NCBI GenBank assembly: GCA_045614025.1
Contig: JAZLCE010000013.1
Coordinates: forward strand, 40,272 to 104,271
Length of the DNA stretch: 64,000 bases
Origin: Alphaproteobacteria bacterium
GTDB taxonomy: Bacteria; Pseudomonadota; Alphaproteobacteria; CAAHEQ01; UBA3637
Reading direction: 5' to 3'
The number at the start of each line of letters is the position of its first letter. The first letter of the stretch is position 1. A model generated the notes under the pieces. It was not told where the DNA came from. It saw only the letters and a program-made list of their open reading frames with translations, and did no database searches. The translations under genes and the position numbers were made by a program. Positions 18,186 to 28,452 of the stretch are shown one piece after another.

Positions 18186-20960
18186 CTAATTTTCAAAAAC
18201 AGCATCTAAAGACTGAAATAAAAGCTGACTTGTTGGCAACCCAATTAATGTTTGATGCAATTTTTCTTCATCTTTTTCTAATTTGCAAAAGGCCCAAATT
18301 GCCGCCTCTAAAACTAAAGGGCTTTTTGACTTTAAATATTTTTGAACAGTGTCTAAGGCTAAAGGACAATCCAACATTCTTAACACATAAAGTGCCGTTG
18401 CTTTCATCCAATCTGGCAACATAAAGGGAGGATCATTCAGCAATAACAGAACATCATTTGTTGCACTTTCAATTGTTATATCCGCATTAATTAAAGCTTT
18501 CTCATCTTGATTTAAATCAACCATCACCTTTCTAACCAATACGAATAATTTTTTAGGAAGCATATCTTGCAAAGAACTAATTGCCAAATCATACATTTCC
18601 GTTCTTTTTGATAATAAAATCTTCACAGCTTTCATATAAAGTTCATTATCTTTTAATAACAACAATTGATATAAAATTGTTTCTCTTGTTTCTTTCAAAT
18701 CTTCTTGAATAGCTCTAATCAAAAATGAAAAAACTTCGCTGGTTTGAGGAAAAGTAACTTGTTTATACCGCGTCATCAAATCTGAAAGCCATAAAATTCT
18801 GTTTACATCCTTTTGAATTCCATTAAATAAAAGCTCATATTTATCATGATGCGTCCAAAAAATACCGCTATCAATCATCCCTTGAATAATCGTTTTTCTT
18901 AATTTTTGGTTCCCAATTTGAAGTGAACGCAATAAAACTTGTTTTCCTTCTCCACTTGGCAACATACTTAAAAACAAAATCAATGTTTTTAATCTAATTG
19001 GTGGCGTTTCTGGGTTATTTAATGCGCGTTCAATCATCGGCAATGCTTTAACACCATAGCTTTTTAAAGCAACTAAAGCATTTTCTCTCAAAGCCATATC
19101 ATCTAATGAATTTAAAATCAATGGCAAACATTCTGGATGATCAATTTTTGCAGCAACCAATAAGGATTTTGAAGCAACAATTGGCGTTGTGCTTTTCAAA
19201 AGTCGTGCAAGTTGACGCATCAACCCAACACTTGGGGCCCAATCAATAATAGAAAGAGCAAGTAAATTATCTTTAATTTTTTTAGAATTAACAAGTTCTT
19301 GCAATCCATCTAAAACCAATAAAGCTGGAGCTCCTCCTGTTTTTAAAAATCCACACATGGCGCCCACTTTTAATTTTTTATTATCAAGATAAGGTAAATA
19401 AGCATTTATGCCATTCAACCCTTTATTTTCATAAGCAATTTGAATTAAAAGACTTAAAGCGCGACAACGAACTTTTAAAGATGGATCTCTTAAAAAGATT
19501 AATTCAATTGTTTTTTCATAACGAGATAAATTATAAAGAGAAGACATTTTTTCAAGCACATAAAGGCGCACTTTTTCATTTTTATTTTTAAGTGATTTTA
19601 AAAGCCATACGGTATAAATCCATTGGTTAGAAACTTCTAAAACCTTTAAAAAATAAATCGCATCATTTTTATTTTCAGATATAATATTTTTTTGAATATA
19701 ATCTAATACTGGTCCATCTAACAGTAATAATGGTCCACCTCTCCATGCTCTTAAAGATAAAAGCGAAACAAATAATGAGGAATAAAATTTAAGAGATAAA
19801 AATCCTAACAAAAACAAAAATAAAGTTAAACTTAACAATATCCAAGAGTGTTGTTCAAAATAAACACAAAGTAAAGCTCCCGCCATAAATCCAGCCGGCT
19901 CAATAAGCATCCATCTTTTTTTATTAATATTTTGACCAATACCCTGATTTAAAAGACGAAGCAATGCCAAAATAAAATCTTCAAAATAAAGAAAAAGAGA
20001 TAATGATATTAAAATCATCCCTACAATCGTTAAATAAACAAACTGGCATAAACTTCCAACTGCAATTTGAAAGGCTCCCAACAAAAATAAAACCATACCT
20101 CCCGTTATCATATAAAAATAACGAGTGCGATATAAAACAACAACGCATAAAACGCCAATAAAACCTAAAAAGCCCCACTCAATCAACAAATATTTCCATG
20201 TATCTAACAATGCAAATTCTTGTGCAATTGATTGGTAAAACAAAAAATCAGATAAACATTTAACAAGATAAACAAAGAAAGAAACTAACAAAACTGTTCG
20301 AACTAATTTAAGCTCAGAAAGATTTTTTGCAGCTCCTGTTTTAGTTACAAAAAGTTCTTTGGAAACAGAAACAATTTTTGAAAGAATGAATAAGCTAAAA
20401 TAACATCCCAATAATAAGAAAAATGAAACATATAAAACACTATAAGCACCCCATTTAAAAATTAATGGAATAAATCCGCCACACATAAAACCTAAAAACA
20501 AAGCACCCATAATAAAAAGTCGTTTTAAACTTTCACGTCTAAAAGGCAAAAATCTTGAAACAATTAAAAAAAGTGCCATAGTAAAAAAAGCAAACAATAG
20601 ATATTTGCTCACAAATAACACATGCGCAAAAAGATTTTGATTTAATGTTTCAATTCCAATCAAAAGCAACGTGCTTAAAAACATAAGCGCGCTTAAAATT
20701 TTAATAATACCATAACCTTTTCTTCTTGTTAAAACGCTTCTTTGAAAACCAACAAAAAAGAATAAAAATGCAACATAAATAAAATCATATCCCATAACTG
20801 ATAATGGAACATGTTCAAAATAAAGGCGAACAGCTGCTGCATCATATCCAGAAAGCGCAACCCCCATAAAAAATGAAAGTAGCATTAAACAAATAAGCTC
20901 TCCCCAATGAAAGCCTGGTATATTTGAAGCGCGTAAATAAGCTTTTTTCAAAAACGTCAT
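18186..20960 (-). CDS. polytopic membrane protein (about 400 aa, transporter-like) fused to a C-terminal HEAT/ARM-like repeat domain
   Basis: 924 aa. The first roughly 400 aa contain about 10-12 hydrophobic helices by eye. The remainder has repeated helical units with HEAT-like signatures ('EKVRLYVLEKM', 'DPSLKVRCRALSLLIQI', 'ALRENALVALKSYG', 'SPLVLEAAIWAFCKL'). The transporter family is not resolvable by eye. Confidence 0.6.
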   Translation of the reverse strand: MTFLKKAYLRASNIPGFHWGELICLMLLSFFMGVALSGYDAAAVRLYFEHVPLSVMGYDFIYVAFLFFFVGFQRSVLTRRKGYGIIKILSALMFLSTLLLIGIETLNQNLFAHVLFVSKYLLFAFFTMALFLIVSRFLPFRRESLKRLFIMGALFLGFMCGGFIPLIFKWGAYSVLYVSFFLLLGCYFSLFILSKIVSVSKELFVTKTGAAKNLSELKLVRTVLLVSFFVYLVKCLSDFLFYQSIAQEFALLDTWKYLLIEWGFLGFIGVLCVVVLYRTRYFYMITGGMVLFLLGAFQIAVGSLCQFVYLTIVGMILISLSLFLYFEDFILALLRLLNQGIGQNINKKRWMLIEPAGFMAGALLCVYFEQHSWILLSLTLFLFLLGFLSLKFYSSLFVSLLSLRAWRGGPLLLLDGPVLDYIQKNIISENKNDAIYFLKVLEVSNQWIYTVWLLKSLKNKNEKVRLYVLEKMSSLYNLSRYEKTIELIFLRDPSLKVRCRALSLLIQIAYENKGLNGINAYLPYLDNKKLKVGAMCGFLKTGGAPALLVLDGLQELVNSKKIKDNLLALSIIDWAPSVGLMRQLARLLKSTTPIVASKSLLVAAKIDHPECLPLILNSLDDMALRENALVALKSYGVKALPMIERALNNPETPPIRLKTLILFLSMLPSGEGKQVLLRSLQIGNQKLRKTIIQGMIDSGIFWTHHDKYELLFNGIQKDVNRILWLSDLMTRYKQVTFPQTSEVFSFLIRAIQEDLKETRETILYQLLLLKDNELYMKAVKILLSKRTEMYDLAISSLQDMLPKKLFVLVRKVMVDLNQDEKALINADITIESATNDVLLLLNDPPFMLPDWMKATALYVLRMLDCPLALDTVQKYLKSKSPLVLEAAIWAFCKLEKDEEKLHQTLIGLPTSQLLFQSLDAVFEN

Positions 20961-20963
20961 TTC

Positions 20964-21848
20964 TTATCCATCTAATAACGAAGAAGCATATTCTTCAGCA
21001 GTAAAAGCAGACAAATCTGAAATTTTTTCTCCAACTCCTATTGCATAAATTGGTAATTTAAATTTATCTGAAAGTGCTAATAAAATACCACCCTTTGCGG
21101 TGCCATCTAATTTAGTCATCACCAAACCAGAAACAGGAGTTAAGGAAGAAAAAGCCTCGACTTGCATTAACGCATTTTGGCCAACCGTTGCATCTAAAAC
21201 AAGCAAAGTTGCATGAGGTGCTGTTTCATCTATTTTTTGAATTACTCTTGTTATTTTTTTAAGTTCATCCATTAAATCTTTTCTATTTTGAAGACGGCCA
21301 GCTGTATCAATAAAAACAATATCATCTTTCTTTTCTTTAGCAGATTTTATCGCATCAAAAATCAGTGCTGCTGCATCTTTATTTGTTTCACCAGAATAAA
21401 CAACGCAATTATTTCTTTTTCCCCATTCTTTTAATTGATCTACAGCCCCAGCTCTAAACGTATCTGCCGCAACAAATGAAACTTGATATCCTTTTGCTTG
21501 ATAAAAGGCACCCAACTTTCCAATTGTTGTTGTTTTCCCCGCACCATTGACACCAATCATTAAAACAATAAATGGTTTTTTTTCTTCTTTTATCTCAAGC
21601 GCCTTAGCATATGGAGACAATCGTTCAATAATTTCTTCTTTCACAACTTGTTTAATGCTATCAGCATCTGTTGCACCCTTTTTTTTGATTGCATCTAAAA
21701 TTGCCGTTGTTGTTGAAACCCCAACATCTGCCATTAAAAGGGAGTCTTCTAAATCTTCTAAAGAAGCAGCATCTATTTTTGAAAAAGAAAACAGCCTTGC
21801 TGTTTTTTTCATTCCAAGCTTAAAGCTTTCCAACCAACTCATTTTCAT
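20964..21848 (-). CDS. ftsY: signal recognition particle receptor FtsY (short form, no acidic A domain)
   Basis: 294 aa with 'GVNGAGKTTTIGKLG', 'DTAGRL' and 'TKLDGTAKGG'. Confidence 0.95.
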   Translation of the reverse strand: MKMSWLESFKLGMKKTARLFSFSKIDAASLEDLEDSLLMADVGVSTTTAILDAIKKKGATDADSIKQVVKEEIIERLSPYAKALEIKEEKKPFIVLMIGVNGAGKTTTIGKLGAFYQAKGYQVSFVAADTFRAGAVDQLKEWGKRNNCVVYSGETNKDAAALIFDAIKSAKEKKDDIVFIDTAGRLQNRKDLMDELKKITRVIQKIDETAPHATLLVLDATVGQNALMQVEAFSSLTPVSGLVMTKLDGTAKGGILLALSDKFKLPIYAIGVGEKISDLSAFTAEEYASSLLDG

Positions 21849-23016
21849 TCCTTTTTGTGATTAAAACAGAAACAATTTCTCCCGTTTTATTTGAATTTGT
21901 TTTAACTTTTAAATAATTTTCACTATATCCAACACCATTTTGTTCCACCAAAACATTTAAATGTCGTCCTTCAAATTCAGTTAACTTTAGATTTAACAAT
22001 CTATTTCCCACTTCGCGTAATTTAGCAGCACGCTCTTTTCTGATCTTCATCTCAACCATTGGCATTTTAGCTGCTGGCGTTGATGGACGTTCTGAATATG
22101 GGAATACATGTAATAATGAAATCGGCGCTTCTTGAACAAATCGCAATGTGTTTAAAAACATTTCTTCTGTTTCAGTTGGAAATCCAGCAATCATATCTGC
22201 GCCAAAAACAAAGTCTTTTCTTTTTGAAAGAAGTTTATGACAAGCTTCAATAACTGGAGCTGATAAATGTCGCCGTCCCATGCGTTTTAAAATCATATCA
22301 TCCCCAGATTGCATTGATAAATGAAGATGAGGCATCATTACTTCATTATCTGAAAACAAATCAATCAATTCATCATTCATTAATGCAGGATCAAATGAAC
22401 CTAAACGCAAACGCTTAAGTCCTTTAACCTCTTTTATAATGCGTTTAAGCAAATCATTTAACCCATAAGGATAAGAAGCAATATCAACACCCGTTAAAAC
22501 CAGCTCCAAAAATCCATTTTCAACAAAACGTTTTGCTTCAAAAATCACTTGATCTGGTTCTAATCCTTTATTCTTTCCTCTTGCCTTATGAACAATACAA
22601 AATGTACACGCATGTGAGCAACCTTGTTGAATTTGCAAAAAGGCTCTTGTTCGCGATTCAAAATCGGAAATAATTGGAACATTTGTGTTTGCATTCATAA
22701 TATCAGTTACTTGAATTTTAGGTCCAAATAATAGTTTTTCTCGGTCCAACTTTTCAATATTTCCAACAACTTTAAAAACCTCAGACATGCTTGCATATCG
22801 CTCTGCATCTAATTGGGCTGCACATCCTGTTACAATAATTTTCATGTCAGGATTTTCTCTTGCCACACGACGGATTGTTTGCCGACACTGACGCTCTGCT
22901 TCGCTTGTTACTGCGCATGTGTTAACCACAAAAAGGTCATCTTGATCTGATAACAACTCTTCTATGATTTTTGATTCAAATGTATTTAATCTGCACCCGA
23001 AAGAAATTATTTTCAT
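21820..23016 (-). CDS. mtaB: tRNA (t6A37) methylthiotransferase MtaB (MiaB-like radical SAM)
   Basis: 398 aa. N-terminal 'FGCRLNTFES', radical-SAM 'CSHACTFCIV' and a C-terminal TRAM-like region. The mtaB-ftsY order is common in alphaproteobacteria. Confidence 0.85.
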   Translation of the reverse strand: MKIISFGCRLNTFESKIIEELLSDQDDLFVVNTCAVTSEAERQCRQTIRRVARENPDMKIIVTGCAAQLDAERYASMSEVFKVVGNIEKLDREKLLFGPKIQVTDIMNANTNVPIISDFESRTRAFLQIQQGCSHACTFCIVHKARGKNKGLEPDQVIFEAKRFVENGFLELVLTGVDIASYPYGLNDLLKRIIKEVKGLKRLRLGSFDPALMNDELIDLFSDNEVMMPHLHLSMQSGDDMILKRMGRRHLSAPVIEACHKLLSKRKDFVFGADMIAGFPTETEEMFLNTLRFVQEAPISLLHVFPYSERPSTPAAKMPMVEMKIRKERAAKLREVGNRLLNLKLTEFEGRHLNVLVEQNGVGYSENYLKVKTNSNKTGEIVSVLITKRNENELVGKL

Positions 23017-23912
23017 TAGCTTTTTTTCTTTCTTTTTTTCAAAAAGGAACGTTTTTCTTTTTCTTGTTTGCGCTTATTAAACTTTGTTATTTTAACCTTT
23101 TTAATATGGCGTGCATCCACATCTAAAACCTGAAAAACAATGCCTGAAGAATGTTCAACTTTTTCACCAACGCGGGGTAAACGACCAGCCAAATGGAAAA
23201 CCAACCCCCCAACTGAATCAACATATTCTTCCTTTTCCTTTTTCGTCATGAAAGGACCAATCATTTTTTCTAAATCTTTTAATAAAATTCTAGCATCTGC
23301 TTGAATAACGCTATTGCCAATTTTATGAAGAACTGGGGCTTCATCTAAAGCATCATGTTCATCTTCGATTTCACCAACAATTTCTTCTAACAAATCTTCC
23401 AAAGTAATCAACCCATCTGTTCCACCATACTCATCAATAATAATAGCCATCTGAGCTTTCTTTTCTTGCATTTCACGAAGCAAATCTAATGCACGAACTG
23501 AAGGAGGAACAAATAAAATACTTCCCGTCATTAATTTTTTAACTGAAACCTCTTCATTTTCCATCATGGCGCATAAAATATCTTTCACATGAATTACACC
23601 AACAATATTATCCAGCGTTTGTTCATACACAGGTAACCTAGTGAACTTTTCTTCTGCCATCATTCTCTTTAATTCATCGGATGAAGCATCAATATTAATC
23701 CCAGTAATATCAATAGTTGGAATTCTAATTTCTCCCGCTCTAATATCTCTTAATCTAAAAAGATTTTTAAGAAGAGAAATTTCATCAGGATCAATTAAAA
23801 CTTTATCACCGCGTTCAACGCGTTCATCCATAATTTCTTCAATTGTTTCTAAAACTTTTTCTTCTTCTGGTGGTCGAACAAAAAATGATTTAATTTTTGA
23901 AAATATTGTCAT
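23016..23912 (-). CDS. corC: CBS-pair / CorC_HlyC-domain protein CorC (YbeX)
   Basis: 298 aa. No DUF21 TM region. CBS pair plus 'GGLVFHLAGRLPRVGE' transporter-associated domain. Lies in the phoH-ybeY-corC order. Lys-rich C-terminal tail. Confidence 0.9.
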   Translation of the reverse strand: MTIFSKIKSFFVRPPEEEKVLETIEEIMDERVERGDKVLIDPDEISLLKNLFRLRDIRAGEIRIPTIDITGINIDASSDELKRMMAEEKFTRLPVYEQTLDNIVGVIHVKDILCAMMENEEVSVKKLMTGSILFVPPSVRALDLLREMQEKKAQMAIIIDEYGGTDGLITLEDLLEEIVGEIEDEHDALDEAPVLHKIGNSVIQADARILLKDLEKMIGPFMTKKEKEEYVDSVGGLVFHLAGRLPRVGEKVEHSSGIVFQVLDVDARHIKKVKITKFNKRKQEKEKRSFLKKRKKKS

Positions 23913-24382
23913 TATTCCACATCCTTATATGGGTTTTCATACCCCAATGATTTCATTATTTTTTTTTCAAGAGATTCCATGTTCACCGCTTCTTTTTCAT
24001 TTAAGTGATCATATCCTTGCAAATGAAGAGCTCCATGAATCAGCAAATGAGCCAAATGTGCTTCAAATGTTTTTTCTTGTGCTTTAGCCTCTTTTAAAAC
24101 TGTTTCATAGGCAACAATAATATCCCCTGCCAACCATAAAAAACCTTTTTGAGGAGGATTCCCCGTTTCAAAAGATAATACATTTGTTGAGCTATCTTTT
24201 CCCCGATATCTAAAATTCAAATCATGAACAAAATCATCATCAGCCAACACTAAAGAAACCTCAGCCGGCGTATAAGAACTCCACGCCGACCGAATAATTT
24301 TTTTACAAAACGCTTGAACAGCTGAAACGCGCCTTGAATACCTTTTATCTAATTGTTGAATACATATATCTATCTCTGACAT
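23912..24382 (-). CDS. ybeY: rRNA maturation endoribonuclease YbeY
   Basis: 156 aa with the zinc motif 'HLLIHGALHLQGYDH'. Confidence 0.95.
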   Translation of the reverse strand: MSEIDICIQQLDKRYSRRVSAVQAFCKKIIRSAWSSYTPAEVSLVLADDDFVHDLNFRYRGKDSSTNVLSFETGNPPQKGFLWLAGDIIVAYETVLKEAKAQEKTFEAHLAHLLIHGALHLQGYDHLNEKEAVNMESLEKKIMKSLGYENPYKDVE

Positions 24383-25089
24383 TATTCCTTACTTTCAGAA
24401 TTGGCTTTATCATAGGCTTTAACAATTTTTGAAACAAGCCCATGACGCACAACATCTTTTTCAGAAAATTCCACAAAGGCAATACCTGGAACTTTCTTTA
24501 AAATTTTTACAGCATCTAAAAGACCAGAAACCGTTCCTCTTGGCAAGTCTGTTTGCGTTAAGTCACCATTAATAATCATTCTTGATCCTTCACCTAAACG
24601 TGTTAAAAACATTTTCATTTGCATTGGCGTTGTGTTTTGAGCTTCATCTAAAATCACAACGCTGTGACTTAATGTTCGACCACGCATATATGCTAATGGT
24701 GCCACCTCAATTTCACCATTTTCAAGTTTTTTATCAACCATGTCAGCTGGTAACATTTCATAAAGTGCATCATAAAGTGGCCTTAAATATGGATCAATTT
24801 TTTCCTTCAAATTACCTGGCAAAAAGCCTAAATTTTCACCAGCCTCTACTGCTGGTCTTGTTAGAATAATTCGATCCACTTTGCCTTCTAACATTGCAGA
24901 AACAGCTTTAGCAACCGCTAAAAAAGTTTTCCCAGTTCCCGCAGGACCAAGACCAAAAACCATTTCATATTTATTCATAGCTTCAATAAATGCGCCTTGC
25001 GTTTCACTTCTAGGATTAATGTGACGTTTTTTTGTTTTTAACGTCAAATCTGAAGCGGCATAAACTTCTCCTGTAATTTCAGCTGTCAT
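24382..25089 (-). CDS. phoH: PhoH-like ATPase (YbeZ), core domain only
   Basis: 235 aa with Walker A 'GPAGTGKTFLAVA' and 'VILDEAQN'. Shorter than the roughly 320-350-aa PhoH-like proteins I know, with no N-terminal extension. Confidence 0.9.
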   Translation of the reverse strand: MTAEITGEVYAASDLTLKTKKRHINPRSETQGAFIEAMNKYEMVFGLGPAGTGKTFLAVAKAVSAMLEGKVDRIILTRPAVEAGENLGFLPGNLKEKIDPYLRPLYDALYEMLPADMVDKKLENGEIEVAPLAYMRGRTLSHSVVILDEAQNTTPMQMKMFLTRLGEGSRMIINGDLTQTDLPRGTVSGLLDAVKILKKVPGIAFVEFSEKDVVRHGLVSKIVKAYDKANSESKE

Positions 25090-25125
25090 TTTGGCTCCTT
25101 TTCATTTATTTACCCTTCTTTTACC

Positions 25126-25154
25126 ATTATACCATGGTTAAACATTTTTGACAA
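25126..25154 (-). promoter_or_regulatory. candidate sigma70-type promoter for phoH-ybeY-corC
   Basis: On the minus strand: TTGTCA (25154-25149), a 17-nt spacer, then perfect TATAAT (25131-25126), about 35 nt upstream of the phoH start. Confidence 0.45.
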
Positions 25155-25166
25155 GTGCAATTCACT

Positions 25167-26480
25167 TTACGCCACAACCGCTGTTAAAGATGTTGCCGAA
25201 GCTTTTGTGATTTTCAACATCACAATCTGATTTAAAAAGCTATCAGGCAACGAAACATGAGTGCCTTGAAGATAAGGTGTATACCCAACCAACTGACCAT
25301 CTTTTTTTCCTTTTTCTGTTAATAAAACAGGCAAAATTTTACCAACAGTTTGAGAGTTAAATTCTTGTTGTTGAGCCATTAATTCTTTTTGCAAAATCAT
25401 TAATCTTTTTGTTTTAATATCTTCTGGTACTTGATTTTTCATAATCGAGGCTGGAGTTCCTGGACGAGGTGAATATTTAAATGAAAAAGAGCTTGCATAA
25501 CGCACACGCTTCACAACTTCCATTGTTTCTTGGAAATCATCTTCTGTTTCACCTGGGAAACCAACAATAAAATCTGACGAAACGGCAATATCAGGGCGAG
25601 CTTTTCTAAATGAAGCCACAATTTCTTCATAACTTGCAGCTGTATATTGTCTATTCATTGCTTTTAAAATTTTATCACTTCCAGATTGAATTGGCAAATG
25701 AATGTAAGGCATCAATTTATTTAAATCTTTATGCGCATCAATCAAATTTTGCGTAATTTTTGAAGGATATGATGTTGTATATCTAATACGTTCTAACCCA
25801 TCAATTTCAGCAATTTTTCGAATTAAATCTCCCAAATCAGATGCGCCTTCACCATGCCAACAGTTAACATTTTGCCCCAAAAGCATAATTTCTTTTGCCC
25901 CTGTTTCAACCAAATCTTTAGCTTCTTGAATAATTTCATCTGCGGGTCTTGAATATTCGCACCCTCTTGTATATGGAACAACACAATAGGTGCAAAAATT
26001 ATCACATCCTTCTTGAACAGCTAAAAAAGCAGTCGCAGATGTTGCTTTTGTTTTTGGCAAATAATCAAACTTTGAATCAGCAGGAAAATCAGCCAACAAA
26101 ACGCGACCTTTTTTTCTGTTATACGAAGAAACAAGTTCTGGCAAACGATGATAATTTTGAGGGCCCAATGCAATATCAACCAAATGAGAACGCTTTAAAA
26201 TTTCTTCCCCTTCAGCTTGAACAACGCATCCACAAACAACAATTAAGGTTTCTTTGCCTTCTTGTTTTCTTTTTTCTTTAAACTCATTTAATCTGCCAAT
26301 TTCTGAAAATAATTTTTCAGACGCTTTCTCTCTGATATGGCATGTATTTAATAACAAAATATCTGCTTGTTCAGGATCAGTTGTTTCTTGATACCCATGA
26401 ACAAACATAGCATCACGCATTCTTGCTGAATCGTATGCATTCATCTGACAACCAAATGTTTTGATAAAAATCTTTTTCAA
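25167..26480 (-). CDS. miaB: tRNA-2-methylthio-N6-dimethylallyladenosine synthase MiaB
   Basis: 437 aa with 'FGCQMNAYDS', radical-SAM 'CDNFCTYCVVPYTRG' and a C-terminal TRAM domain. Confidence 0.95.
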   Translation of the reverse strand: MKKIFIKTFGCQMNAYDSARMRDAMFVHGYQETTDPEQADILLLNTCHIREKASEKLFSEIGRLNEFKEKRKQEGKETLIVVCGCVVQAEGEEILKRSHLVDIALGPQNYHRLPELVSSYNRKKGRVLLADFPADSKFDYLPKTKATSATAFLAVQEGCDNFCTYCVVPYTRGCEYSRPADEIIQEAKDLVETGAKEIMLLGQNVNCWHGEGASDLGDLIRKIAEIDGLERIRYTTSYPSKITQNLIDAHKDLNKLMPYIHLPIQSGSDKILKAMNRQYTAASYEEIVASFRKARPDIAVSSDFIVGFPGETEDDFQETMEVVKRVRYASSFSFKYSPRPGTPASIMKNQVPEDIKTKRLMILQKELMAQQQEFNSQTVGKILPVLLTEKGKKDGQLVGYTPYLQGTHVSLPDSFLNQIVMLKITKASATSLTAVVA

Positions 26481-26497
26481 AATTTAAACTCCTTATC

Positions 26498-27220
26498 TTA
26501 CTTTAAATAATTTTCAACCTTAGTCTTAAGGTTATTAATAACTTGTTTTCTTAAAAACGGATCTGCTTTTCCTTGTTTGGGGAAAATCGTTTTTTCAAAT
26601 GTTTGATATTCGCTCTCAGACAAAACTTCTTTTGCTGTTTCCATCATTTTTCTTTGCTTCCATAAAGAAGCCAATTTTAATAATTCTTGTTTTTTCTCTT
26701 CAGATAACTGATAACTCTTTAACAATGCTGCAGCTTCAGATGAATATTTTCTTGTTGTTGGATAAAACCATTTTTGTTCAGCTGGTTCGGAAGCCAAAAG
26801 CAATAATACTAAAGGATGCAAAACCTCACCCTTAAAAGAATAATTATCATCTGAATTTAATGCTGATTTAATTTGAGTTAAATAAGAAACTAATAATTTT
26901 CTTTTTTCACTATCCCTATCCATTTCAATCAACATTTTCGCCAATTGAGTTTGCGCATAAGCATTCCCATTATCAGCCGCTAAATGATAAAAAAGAAGCG
27001 CTTTCATTTCATTTTTTTAAGCATTTTTTTCACCATTTTCAAAAATGCCCGCTAATCGAATTTGCGATTCTTCATCATTTTCCATTATAGCACAATTTTG
27101 ATATAATGGAATTGATGCTTTCACATTTTTTAAATACATCGACTCAGCTTGAGGACAAGCTGCAAATAAAGAAGATGAAAACAAAAATGAAGTTAAAAAA
27201 AGAAGAAATTTATTCATCAA
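26498..27220 (-). pseudogene. Sel1-like repeat (lipo)protein interrupted by one in-frame TAA
   Basis: ORFs 27220-27017 (signal peptide 'LFSSSLFAAC') and 27007-26498 share one frame. They are separated only by TAA (27019-27017) plus three sense codons. The junction '..LAGIFENGEKNA*KNEMKALLFYHLAADNGNAYAQTQLAKM' lies inside a Sel1-type repeat. Confidence 0.6.
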
Positions 27221-28364
27221 AATTGACCTCTATTTTCGAAACAGATTCTGGTGCAGGAACAACTTGAGCCTCAAATGCAAGCTCACTGTTCCCATCAATA
27301 ACTTTTTCAAGATAATAGATACGCTTTCTTGCGACCACACGATCGCTATAATCATAAACAACCGCCTTTGTTAACGGCAACTGCCCTTGATAAACAGATG
27401 TATTTACAATCACACCTTTAATAAGTAAACGACTTGTACCAACTTCATTTACTCCAATTTCATAAGAAATATTTTGAACTTTTAAAGCCTCTTTTGGCGC
27501 AAATTCACTTGAAGCAACATCAGCTTTAACTTCTTGATTTTCCAAATTTTGAATAACTTGTTGCTCGATTTCTTTTTCAATAATAGGAGCACTTTCTAAC
27601 TGAATATTTTCTTCACTTGCTTGTTCAACCAAAACAGATTCATTTTCTTTTTCTTGCAAAGAAATTTCTTCCTGAGAAAAAGTTAAATCACTTTTTGCTT
27701 CCTCAACAACAGGTGTTGGCACAACAGCTGGAATCGCTTCGATAGATTCCTTTTTTAATTCCATTTTTTCTTCTGTTGTTTCTAAATTTAATGGTTGTTT
27801 ATCTTCAATTTGAATGCCTAAATCCGAAGGTGTCACAGAAGCTATTTTTTTTGATACCAGCTCACTTTTTTGATCGGCTTCATTTTTTTCATTCGACCCA
27901 AAGGCTTTTTCAATTGACTGATTCATAAATTGAACTAAAAAATCCTTTTGACTATAAGCAGCATAACAAATACCAAACCCTATTCCAAGCCAAACAACAA
28001 GTGAAACAAATGTTGTTTTTTTAGATTTAACTGGTTTAAATTCTTCAGGAACAAAATTAAATGGGTCTTGAGAAAATTTTGGTTCTTTTGTTTCTTCTAT
28101 CGGATCATTAAACAACGAAAGAGAAATCGGCTCATGCGGTTCATCTAAAAAAGTTTTTTCTTCTTTTTTTTCAGGAATGTCAAAAATATCCATTGTTTTT
28201 TCAAGAGTTGATTTTTCATTTTGAGAAGGTGTTAATTCAACAACATCTTCTTCGTGATCAAAATAACAACCACAAGCAGAACAATGGCATTTCTTCCCTT
28301 TTAATGAGATATCTTTATCCAAAATTTGATACTGTGTAAAACATTTTGGGCAAATAATTAACAT
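27210..28364 (-). CDS. MJ0042-type zinc-ribbon membrane protein (DUF3426-like C-terminus)
   Basis: 384 aa. N-terminal 'CPKCFTQYQI....CHCSACG' zinc ribbon, a central TM 'FVSLVVWLGIGFGICYAAY', an acidic linker and a C-terminal beta-rich domain. Divergent from ftsE, as is common in alphaproteobacteria. Confidence 0.7.
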   Translation of the reverse strand: MLIICPKCFTQYQILDKDISLKGKKCHCSACGCYFDHEEDVVELTPSQNEKSTLEKTMDIFDIPEKKEEKTFLDEPHEPISLSLFNDPIEETKEPKFSQDPFNFVPEEFKPVKSKKTTFVSLVVWLGIGFGICYAAYSQKDFLVQFMNQSIEKAFGSNEKNEADQKSELVSKKIASVTPSDLGIQIEDKQPLNLETTEEKMELKKESIEAIPAVVPTPVVEEAKSDLTFSQEEISLQEKENESVLVEQASEENIQLESAPIIEKEIEQQVIQNLENQEVKADVASSEFAPKEALKVQNISYEIGVNEVGTSRLLIKGVIVNTSVYQGQLPLTKAVVYDYSDRVVARKRIYYLEKVIDGNSELAFEAQVVPAPESVSKIEVNFDE

Positions 28365-28452
28365 TTAGCTTTTCCTTTTAAAAAAAATAGTGTAAGTATA
28401 ATATAAACGATTTTTAAATAACTTACAACAGTTTTTCAATAGGGGCATCAAA

